DNA of 34,082 nucleotides from a virus: IMG/VR virus record IMGVR_UViG_3300025859_001166, positions 1 to 34,082 of that record; one strand, 5' to 3'. Shown piece by piece: positions 27,371 to 34,082 of this stretch (position 1 is its first letter; each line of letters starts with the position of its first letter). The notes under the pieces were generated by a model. It saw only the letters and a program-made list of their open reading frames with translations, ran no database searches and was not told where the DNA came from. The position numbers and the translations under genes were made by a program.

Positions 27371-28249
27371 TTAAAGTAGGTTTCTCCATTTAAAAAATCC
27401 ATATAAGGGGAAACTTATAGCCGCCCATAATCCTAAAAATTCTACAACTGGCCGAGTTTTATCTTGAGTCTTTTTTGGAGGCTCCTCAATTCCAGTGTAA
27501 GTAATGGACAATTTATTATAACCGACACAGTAATTACTATATTTTTTGTCTAACTCAGTTTCTGTTCCTCTTACATAATACTTCTCATCAAAAACAAATA
27601 CATAGACATCCCATGTTCCAGCTTCAAGAGCATCAAAACTAAGGTAGATTTTACTTTCCAAGTATTTATTTTGAGTCGAATCAAAGTATTCTCCCTCTAA
27701 ATTAAGTAAGGTTTCTCTGGGAAAAAAGTACTTTTCTTTTTGATATGCTACAGTATTAATTTTTTTGTTATTCCTATATTTTTCTTGATAATCCCATTTT
27801 TCATAACTATAATAAGGATTATCGGGGAAAGCATATTCGACATTTTCATCTTTTTGAACTACATATACACGATAGAAATACGTTTCTTCGTTTAATTTTT
27901 GAATTCCTTCATCCTTTATATCAAATCTAAATAAAATTATATTATTCTCAATTGCAGGCTCTGAGAAATTAATCTTGACTTTATAATCTGGTACCAGAAT
28001 ATATTCTTTTTGATTTTGTATTTTTTCGTAGATCTCATATGGATTATCAGGATTGTTATATCGGTGCGTATCTGTTACCTTTACCATATCTAAGTTCAAT
28101 GTATTGCCTAAATCTTCGCTAATTTCGGTTTTAGATACAACAAGTGAGTCATAATTATAATATAAGCTAGCACCGAATCCAAATAAAATGATAAATGCAT
28201 ACGCTATCAATTTAGTAACTTGGCTTTTCTTCATGATGAAAAGAAACAA
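27371..28249 (-). CDS. Membrane-anchored extracellular protein (N- and C-terminal TM helices)
   Basis: LIAYAFIILFGFGASLYY at the N-terminus, VVEFLGLWAAISFPLYGFFKW at the C-terminus, Tyr/Asn-rich core. Confidence 0.7.
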   Translation of the reverse strand: MFLFIMKKSQVTKLIAYAFIILFGFGASLYYNYDSLVVSKTEISEDLGNTLNLDMVKVTDTHRYNNPDNPYEIYEKIQNQKEYILVPDYKVKINFSEPAIENNIILFRFDIKDEGIQKLNEETYFYRVYVVQKDENVEYAFPDNPYYSYEKWDYQEKYRNNKKINTVAYQKEKYFFPRETLLNLEGEYFDSTQNKYLESKIYLSFDALEAGTWDVYVFVFDEKYYVRGTETELDKKYSNYCVGYNKLSITYTGIEEPPKKTQDKTRPVVEFLGLWAAISFPLYGFFKWRNLL

Positions 28250-28488
28250 GATATATATAAATAGCTTTCTACATTAATTGTATCTCCATAGAATAATGAA
28301 AAAATACTCCCCTCTTCAAGATCTTTTACCTTGATATTCCATCCAGTGTTCCTTCCATCTGTTATCTTTAGGTAAGTCTTTCCGCCGTGTCCACCATCTC
28401 CTCCACATGGGCAGTTAGATCCTACATCAGCTTCTAAAATATTGCGGCTAAAAAATTCTTTGGATTTTATTGGAAAATTATATTTCAT
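28231..28488 (-). CDS. Hypothetical protein with GGDGGHGG motif
   Basis: NILEADVGSNCPCGGDGGHGGKTYLKITD; overlaps the next gene's start. Confidence 0.45.
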   Translation of the reverse strand: MKYNFPIKSKEFFSRNILEADVGSNCPCGGDGGHGGKTYLKITDGRNTGWNIKVKDLEEGSIFSLFYGDTINVESYLYISCFFSS

Positions 28489-28667
28489 ACAGCTACCTCG
28501 ATAAAAAGAGGTAAAAATGTTTAAAGTGATTTGTTAAATGAAGTTGGATTTTGTATAATTTGATTTTATACTTTGAATTATTTGAGTAAATTATTTCCTT
28601 CTATCAAATTCCTTTTCAGCATTCTCTTCCATCCACTCGTCTAATATCCCGGGTGATCTTAATTGTG

Positions 28668-28856
28668 CTAATTTTTTGATTTCTTTGCATTTTCCATTAC
28701 TTGCTCCATATATTCATCCATTACTCCAGATATCCGTAACTTTGCTAATTTATCCATTTCTTCTTTAGTTAATGGATTTTTGCTATTTGGATCTTCTGTC
28801 CTTCCATGCACACTTCTAAAAAACTCCCTTAGTTCACTCATTGTAGCTTCATCCAT
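28668..28856 (-). CDS. Small hypothetical protein, possibly extended to 28591 by -1 frameshift
   Basis: 62-aa ORF; a homologous peptide continues in the -1 frame. Confidence 0.55.
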   Translation of the reverse strand: MDEATMSELREFFRSVHGRTEDPNSKNPLTKEEMDKLAKLRISGVMDEYMEQVMENAKKSKN

Positions 28857-28983
28857 CAGCAGCTGTTTATGATCTAGGTATAAATATTTATCTTGGGATA
28901 TTTGGCCCTTATATTAAGGCCAGAAAAAAATACAAAAATGCCCTTAGCCAATCGTATTATACCCATTTCTCCAAGTTAGTTAG

Positions 28984-29265
28984 ATGACAAGCAACTGGAA
29001 TTATGGAGGAATCGATGCGCCTTCCGTGGCGCTAAATATCGCCGATAACTCCGGCACAATGGACGAGTTACGAGATAAGCTAAAGAGCGAGATATTAAGG
29101 GCTCAAAAGAGTGTCTTCGGCGAGAAGGTAAGAGGGTACCACAGGAACTACGTCAAGAGCATGGCGGTAGTTTTGAAGATAGCAGAGAAATGCGAAAGTA
29201 AGGAGGCGTTCATAACAACGGTAGAGGATGTCCTAATTGATAAGCTAAAAGATGCCGAAGTATAA
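28984..29265 (+). CDS. Hypothetical helical protein
   Basis: 93-aa ORF with T-rich tract after the stop. Confidence 0.65.
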   Translation: MTSNWNYGGIDAPSVALNIADNSGTMDELRDKLKSEILRAQKSVFGEKVRGYHRNYVKSMAVVLKIAEKCESKEAFITTVEDVLIDKLKDAEV

Positions 29266-29275
29266 TATTTTTTAT

Positions 29276-29470
29276 TTATCTTTCCTTTAGCTCTTTTTTT
29301 AGTTTCTCTAATTCTAAAAGTTTTCTTTCCACCTCATCAAGCTTCTGCCTAACGGACTCTTTTACAAAGTCCGCCCTTGAGGTGTAGCCAAGATCAGTTT
29401 CTTTGACTATATAGTCAATTCTTCTCAATAGCTCTTTTGGGAGGCTTGCCCCCTGATGCTCTTTTGCCAT
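29276..29470 (-). CDS. CopG/ribbon-helix-helix transcriptional regulator (candidate repressor)
   Basis: QGASLPKELLRRIDYIVKETDLGYTSRADFVKESVRQKL; ATG at 29470 gives 64 aa; divergent from the early operon. Confidence 0.85.
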   Translation of the reverse strand: MAKEHQGASLPKELLRRIDYIVKETDLGYTSRADFVKESVRQKLDEVERKLLELEKLKKELKER

Positions 29471-29582
29471 AGGCCCACTATAGATAATCTGCCGCCTGAT
29501 ATATAAAAATTTCGTTACATATGTTCGAAAATACAATATACCTATCGAAAATCTTTTACTCAAATGCCTATCTTTTGGTATG

Positions 29583-29608
29583 TAAATACGTCATATATGA
29601 CGTATTTA
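29583..29608. promoter_or_regulatory. Perfect 26-bp palindrome, candidate operator
   Basis: TAAATACGTCATA|TATGACGTATTTA in the divergent intergenic region between the RHH and RPA genes. Confidence 0.7.
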
Positions 29609-29702
29609 TAGGGCGAAAGAGCGGCAAGATGGCGTGGCCCCAAAACGTCCATAGGTACCATCACCCACCTATGCCGCTCCGCCAATCCAGGAGGTCTGGA
29701 GT

Positions 29703-30545
29703 TTGCTGTCAGATGAAAAGAAAAAAGAGCTGATTGAAAAGCTCGGCGTAACTGAAGAGGAGTTCGCTGAGCTTGTAAAAAGAAAGAGTGACGAAAAGAA
29801 TGTTAGTCCCGGAGGGGCAAGGCTTCTGTTGTATTATGAGGCTTTTAACAAACCTAAGGGCGTTGACACGACGCTAGAGAATTTCTCAAAGCCGAAAGAA
29901 AATAAAGAGGATAAGGATGAACTTTTTGAGGACGCATCAACGTATCTTTGCCAGTACGCAGCCATAAATCACAAGAACGAGCCGGACTGGCTTGATAGGA
30001 AGCTTGAACTTCAGATGAAGTTCTCCAAGAACGAATCACCTGAAGAGGCGGCCATGCTTTTGGCATATGCCTACGGCTGGAGGGACGGAGAGCCGCTCCC
30101 CATGTCAAGTTTCAAGTCTAAGCCAAAGATAAGGCCAGACTGTGTTTCTCTTGATAGCCTTCTTTCAAAGATCAATGACGAGGGAAGAATTGTTTTTCTG
30201 AATGCAACAGTGAACAGGGTTTCAAACTCAAGGGAGAATGAGGGCGCCATAAGGCTAAGGACTACTGGCATTGAGATAACTGATGGCAAGGACAAGATAT
30301 GGGTCAACTGCCACGACACAAAGCCCTTCACCTCAAAGAAGAGCGGGAAGCTGATACCTGGGAAGTTCCTATCGACAAAGGCACAGCTCAAAAGAACTGA
30401 TCTCATAGGCTCTCTTGTCTTGTTTTACAACATCGATGCCAAGATAACAAAGAACGGCGATCTTAGCCTGAACACCGGGCCCTACTCAAACTTTTCATAT
30501 GAAAAGGCAGAAGGCAGTTCACCCCCTTTCGAGGAAAACGCATGA
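29703..30545 (+). CDS. RPA-like single-stranded DNA-binding protein (OB fold)
   Basis: Archaeal-RPA-like helical N-terminus (EEEFAELVKRK..., EEAAMLLAYAYG) and OB-fold pattern ATVNRV...IEITDGKDKIWVNCH...LVLFYN...LSLNTG. GGAGGT RBS before TTG. Confidence 0.65.
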   Translation: MLSDEKKKELIEKLGVTEEEFAELVKRKSDEKNVSPGGARLLLYYEAFNKPKGVDTTLENFSKPKENKEDKDELFEDASTYLCQYAAINHKNEPDWLDRKLELQMKFSKNESPEEAAMLLAYAYGWRDGEPLPMSSFKSKPKIRPDCVSLDSLLSKINDEGRIVFLNATVNRVSNSRENEGAIRLRTTGIEITDGKDKIWVNCHDTKPFTSKKSGKLIPGKFLSTKAQLKRTDLIGSLVLFYNIDAKITKNGDLSLNTGPYSNFSYEKAEGSSPPFEENA

Positions 30546-31006
30546 GGGCAGTTCCAACAATCTTTGAGCCCATGGAATCTTCAAGGGAGAATGGGGCAGA
30601 GGGAGAGGAGGAGTTCCTGGTCCACTGCTTGAGGAAAGATCTTAATGTCAGGCTATCTCTTGGCCCTTATTCAAACTGTGACTTCAAGGTATGCGGCAAG
30701 AGGATCGATGTCAAGACAATCTCAAATGACTCTGGCCCGTCACCTGATTACAACGTCAACGTCCCGTCGTGCCAAGTGTCCTTAGAGCAGGATCTGTTTG
30801 CATTTGTATTCCACGATAGATCCAAAGGGACCTACACTATTGCGGGGGCTATCGACAGGCCAACTCTACTAAGAAAGGCCCGGTTTATGAGAAAGGGCTT
30901 AACAGAAAGAAACGGCGAGTTTAGTTACAAATGCGACACCTACGTCATGAAGGTCAAAGAGCTTTTGCCAATTGAAGCATTTGTATTGCCAAAGATTTCG
31001 GAGTGA
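30542..31006 (+). CDS. PD-(D/E)XK-family nuclease
   Basis: GAEGEEEF...CDFKVCGKRIDVKT; coupled to the RPA gene by ATGA overlap. Confidence 0.65.
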   Translation: MRAVPTIFEPMESSRENGAEGEEEFLVHCLRKDLNVRLSLGPYSNCDFKVCGKRIDVKTISNDSGPSPDYNVNVPSCQVSLEQDLFAFVFHDRSKGTYTIAGAIDRPTLLRKARFMRKGLTERNGEFSYKCDTYVMKVKELLPIEAFVLPKISE

Positions 31007-31029
31007 ATAAGATTGATTCTACACTACAC

Positions 31030-31179
31030 TTTGGCCCTATTTTACTTACAGGTTACTTACAAAGTGCCATTTTTAGGGCCAGTTTTACTTACGGCCATCA
31101 TTACAAAACCCCTGTTTTTGGCCCTATTTTACTTACAGGTTACTTACAAAGTGCCATTTTTAGGGCCAGTTTTACTTAC
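31030..31179. repeat. Two exact 63-bp direct repeats (31030-31092, 31117-31179), each with three TTACTTAC octamers and an internal GGCCCTA/TAGGGCC inverted pair
   Basis: Read directly; period 87 bp. Confidence 0.92.
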
Positions 31180-31208
31180 AACAAAAACGAAAATTGGGGC
31201 GGTGTAGT

Positions 31209-31703
31209 ATGGGAAAAAGCCAGTTAAGGTACGGAAAAAGGCTCATACAGGCATGGCTTCCAGAGGACCTTCTGGACAGATGCTGCACCGTCTCAACGAA
31301 GGGATTTACAGAGACAATAACTGAGGCCCTAAATCAATATGCGGAAAGGAACAAATCAGAGCTTGAAATGCTGGAAAGCCAATATGAAAGCGCTATTTTG
31401 GAAGCTACGAGGTTAAAGGCCAAAATTGATGAATTGACTAAGATTAATCTAAAAGAAACAAAAATAGAGATTGATAATAGCATTGGCCCTAAAAATAAGC
31501 ATATTGAAAGGCAATTAAGTGAAAAAGAGCGCAATGAAATCTGGGAAGGCAAGATTAAACCTCTTCTAAAAAAGAAGATATCTGAGTTCGGCATTGACAG
31601 CGTCTTAACAGATGAGCGGCTGCTTACAAACTTCTCAAAAGGTCTTGGCATTTCCACTGGAGACTTGAAAGAAAAGATCTCCACTGAATGGGGTGTAGTG
31701 TAG
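31209..31703 (+). CDS. RHH-like N-terminus plus coiled-coil protein; candidate repeat-binding (origin/partition) protein
   Basis: RLIQAWLPEDLLDR...TETITEALNQY followed by heptads; flanked on both sides by repeat arrays. Confidence 0.55.
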   Translation: MGKSQLRYGKRLIQAWLPEDLLDRCCTVSTKGFTETITEALNQYAERNKSELEMLESQYESAILEATRLKAKIDELTKINLKETKIEIDNSIGPKNKHIERQLSEKERNEIWEGKIKPLLKKKISEFGIDSVLTDERLLTNFSKGLGISTGDLKEKISTEWGVV

Positions 31704-31740
31704 TGTAGTGTAGTATGTAGTAAAGTAAGTAAGTAAGTAA
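31695..31740. repeat. (GTAGT)4 followed by (GTAA)4 microsatellite
   Basis: 31695-31714 and 31725-31740; reverse complements of the CTACA and TTAC motifs upstream. Confidence 0.9.
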
Positions 31741-31752
31741 GGAGGAAACAAG

Positions 31753-32061
31753 TTGGAGAACACTATCGGATTTATGGAAAAATGTCAGACGGGCATTCTG
31801 CCTTTGCTTTCAAGAGAGGAGTTATACTCTTTTGGCATTATTGAGCTTTCAGAGATGATCATGTCGATTGAGCATGCCATCAGCTACACAGAAGGGTATA
31901 GATTTTTGTTCCTCTGTTTTGGCAGCGAGGAAACTTCAGATAAGGCAAAGGCTGTCATGAAAGGCATGGAGGATTACCTGGAGCTTGTCAAGGACGTATA
32001 TCGATTCAAAGTCAATGAGAAAAAGAGGAGGATAGCTTTCCTCAAAGGAGAAATTGTTTAG
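31753..32061 (+). CDS. Hypothetical protein
   Basis: GGAGGA RBS at 31741-31746, TTG start, 102 aa. Confidence 0.7.
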   Translation: MENTIGFMEKCQTGILPLLSREELYSFGIIELSEMIMSIEHAISYTEGYRFLFLCFGSEETSDKAKAVMKGMEDYLELVKDVYRFKVNEKKRRIAFLKGEIV

Positions 32062-32072
32062 GGGCTGAAAAT

Positions 32073-32231
32073 ATGGAGAATAACATTCCAGAATCAAAGA
32101 TGAGGGCCGTAAGATTTTACTTAGAGAACAAGGAGTTCTTGGAAGAAATGTGCATCATCGGGGATCCTTACATTAAGGCCATGGCAATGACGATAATAGT
32201 CTCTGCTAAGAAAATTCTGAACAATAATTAA
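32073..32231 (+). CDS. 52-aa hypothetical protein (MENNIPESKMRAVRFYLENKEFLEEM...)
   Basis: Translated by hand; last plus-strand gene, followed by an oligo-T tract. Confidence 0.55.
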   Translation: MENNIPESKMRAVRFYLENKEFLEEMCIIGDPYIKAMAMTIIVSAKKILNNN

Positions 32232-32254
32232 TTTATTTTTATATATTTATTTTT
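32232..32254 (+). terminator. Oligo-T tract ending the early operon
   Basis: TTTATTTTTATATATTTATTTTT after the stop codon. Confidence 0.45.
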
Positions 32255-32331
32255 AAAATAATCGAAAAGCTTAGAAGATGAAACAGATTTAGTTAAGAAA
32301 TCTGGAATTGATAGGGCAATGCCATATCGCC

Positions 32332-33201
32332 TCAAGAATCTAATGTGAATTCGTATCTAAATGTATCGTCATCATCTATATTTTTCTTTTTAGGTTTTTT
32401 AGATATTTTGTTAATTCCCCTATCATAAATATTAAGTGCAAGTGCCAGAGTTATTCCCAAAGCACTTACTATAATTCCAGGCCATGAATTATTCTGAACT
32501 TTTTTATCTAATAATTTAATTTGAGCTGTTCTCATTCTATCTGTTTTGACCAAATAAACTTTGTTTAGCCAAGGGTCATATTTCTCGTTAGTTTCTAAAA
32601 TGTGATACCTCTTGGGATCCCAATAAACATCATAAGAATTATTTGATACCGTATTAACAAGTATAATTTCTCTTGAATTAGTCTTAATAGAATCAAAGTA
32701 TATATTAAATCTATAGTATCTATTCTTTTCTCTAAACATTTCATCGTCAAGTTTTAAATAAATTGCATCAATAAAATCATCATCAGGCAAAAAGTCTTCC
32801 AGGTAGTAGGAGCGATTATAATCCTCATTTGGAACATCTATTTTTATTACGTTATCTGCAGTATATCTCGTATTTGAGTTAAGATTATTAATACTGACAA
32901 TAAACATCAAATATTTCCCATAAAGCTCTGATTCATACGGGCTAACATATATATCTAATCTGGCAAAAGGTTCATCGTTATTAAAATTTAACTTGTAGAA
33001 TCCATTATAAATATAAGGATCTCCACCTATTAAATTAGGTGAATAACTCTCTATATCCACAATACGATACTCCCAATAGATTCCAATATATTCTGGATAA
33101 CGCTGAGAATTATAAGAATTAATTTGGGCCAGGAATAGTAATATAGATAGAATTATCAAAAGGACAGATGTTATTTCTTTAGTATATCTTGGAACTTTCA
33201 T
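32332..33201 (-). CDS. Membrane-anchored extracellular protein (N- and C-terminal TM helices)
   Basis: ITSVLLIILSILLFLAQI and WPGIIVSALGITLALAL flank a Tyr/Asn/Asp-rich core. Confidence 0.7.
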   Translation of the reverse strand: MKVPRYTKEITSVLLIILSILLFLAQINSYNSQRYPEYIGIYWEYRIVDIESYSPNLIGGDPYIYNGFYKLNFNNDEPFARLDIYVSPYESELYGKYLMFIVSINNLNSNTRYTADNVIKIDVPNEDYNRSYYLEDFLPDDDFIDAIYLKLDDEMFREKNRYYRFNIYFDSIKTNSREIILVNTVSNNSYDVYWDPKRYHILETNEKYDPWLNKVYLVKTDRMRTAQIKLLDKKVQNNSWPGIIVSALGITLALALNIYDRGINKISKKPKKKNIDDDDTFRYEFTLDS

Positions 33202-33392
33202 ATTCTCACAATTATAATCTTCAGAAAATATTTAAAAAATATATATTTAAAGCTTCACTAATAAAAATTAATTCTTATAAAATAATTATTCTGTGCCCTT
33301 TATTTCAATTTAGTCATAAATTTAGAATAAGACAAAATTATTACTTGAACTTTATAAAAAAAAGAATTATCATGAAACTAGAAATTGAAAAG

Positions 33393-33740
33393 TTAATCAT
33401 CTTTCTCTTCATCATCAGATTTTAAAATTTGACAAGGATTTACTATTTGTATAGAGTAGACAGTATGATCCATATTTTTTGTTTTTTCGTTATTTAGAAT
33501 AATAGAAATTGCATCTCCCTTATATTCTATGAACATCTCTCTTGATATTAAGTCTACATAATATCTATGAGAACCTGTTCCCTCATATGCACGCGCTATA
33601 GCATTTTCAATGCCCAATGCATCTTGAATATCATATGCTATTGCACCCGGTAAATTTGCAATTTTTCGTATACTCTCATATTTTCCGTCTTTATTCGCTT
33701 TTATCCAACTAGTAATATATACTACCATTTTTCCACCCAC
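33393..33740 (-). CDS. Hypothetical protein
   Basis: 115-aa ORF of plausible composition. Confidence 0.55.
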   Translation of the reverse strand: MGGKMVVYITSWIKANKDGKYESIRKIANLPGAIAYDIQDALGIENAIARAYEGTGSHRYYVDLISREMFIEYKGDAISIILNNEKTKNMDHTVYSIQIVNPCQILKSDDEEKDD

Positions 33741-33800
33741 TATAAAAATTGTTATTGTATTTAAATGTTAAGAGGGTATTTTAGGGAATAAAAAGCAGAG

Positions 33801-34082
33801 TTAATCTGTACTAATTGATTTCAACGCCTTATCTTCTTCACTTAATTTTGCCCATTGTTCATCTATATTTTTTTGTATTATTTTTTTTAGTGATTTTTGA
33901 CTTACATTTTTTCTCATTTTATCTAGAGTTTTTAGCGAAGTATGTTCATTTCTCGCAACTTCCAGTACTAAGTAAAGATCTAAGTTTGAAGCATAGTTGA
34001 GCAATTCTTTATTATTAGTATTTATTATAATCTCCTTCCTTTTTTGTAAATCTTGTATTTTTTCAAATTCCTCAATGTCCAT
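33801..34082 (-). CDS. Small helical protein with a leucine-rich-variant/HEAT-like repeat segment
   Basis: LVLEVARNEHTSLKTLDKM resembles the VAxNPxTPxExLxxL repeat. Confidence 0.5.
   Translation of the reverse strand: MDIEEFEKIQDLQKRKEIIINTNNKELLNYASNLDLYLVLEVARNEHTSLKTLDKMRKNVSQKSLKKIIQKNIDEQWAKLSEEDKALKSISTD

Larger units (their letters stand above)
1440..32231 (+). mobile_element. Archaeal tailed-virus (Caudoviricetes, siphovirus-like) provirus or virus-derived element; true ends not determined
   Basis: Colinear portal-protease-capsid-adaptor-terminator-tail tube-chaperone-tape measure-hub-fibre operon plus an RHH/RPA/nuclease module. No sheath gene seen. No att sites or integrase seen. 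Confidence 0.88.

Noticed and set aside
18984-27389. Short antisense/shadow ORFs in the AT-rich cargo (e.g. 19684-19950, 21082-21327, 24161-24376, 26806-27045, 27120-27389)
   Set aside because: Mostly antisense to long conserved genes, with implausible composition.
29521-29733. 70-aa ORF across the divergent promoter
   Set aside because: It spans the palindrome and promoter-like region and has no recognisable features.
31030-31179. CRISPR array
   Set aside because: Only two 63-bp copies with one 24-bp gap, internally repetitive, and no cas genes in the window.
31003-31227. ORFs 31003-31227 and 31013-31207
   Set aside because: Their duplicated peptides simply reflect the DNA repeat; better explained as non-coding.
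1322-32331. attL/attR direct repeats or a tRNA integration target at the composition boundaries
   Set aside because: No matching repeat or tRNA-like sequence found by eye; a computational repeat and tRNA search is needed to exclude them.

Overview
The window holds most of an archaeal head-tailed (siphovirus-like, HK97-fold) provirus or virus-derived element. Archaeal signs are GGTGA/GGAGG ribosome-binding sites, an RPA-like OB-fold gene, ribbon-helix-helix (RHH) regulators and oligo-T terminators. A plus-strand, visibly GC-richer morphogenesis operon (1440-18732) encodes portal, gp10-like protein, prohead protease, major capsid protein, adaptor, terminator, tail tube, tail chaperone, tape measure, hub/adhesin and fibre. 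Its first gene is a triple fusion of portal, MuF and an R-S-E ADP-ribosyltransferase, coupled to a small Cys/His protein that may be its immunity factor. An AT-rich, mostly minus-strand cargo block (18752-28856) carries a coupled UvrD-helicase/Fe-S nuclease, type III Mod and type III Res operon, followed by an EVE gene. A second GC-richer block (28984-32231) has an RHH regulator, a perfect 26-bp palindrome, an RPA-like protein, a PD-(D/E)XK nuclease and an iteron-like repeat array. Other signals are a UCC_UUU_CGC +1 frameshift site in the tail chaperone, a probable CTG start for the 1.5-kaa tail protein, and a possible -1 frameshift in a small gene. I found no terminase, integrase, replicative helicase/polymerase, tRNA or att site in the window. 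All family assignments come from motif recognition by eye, not database searches.
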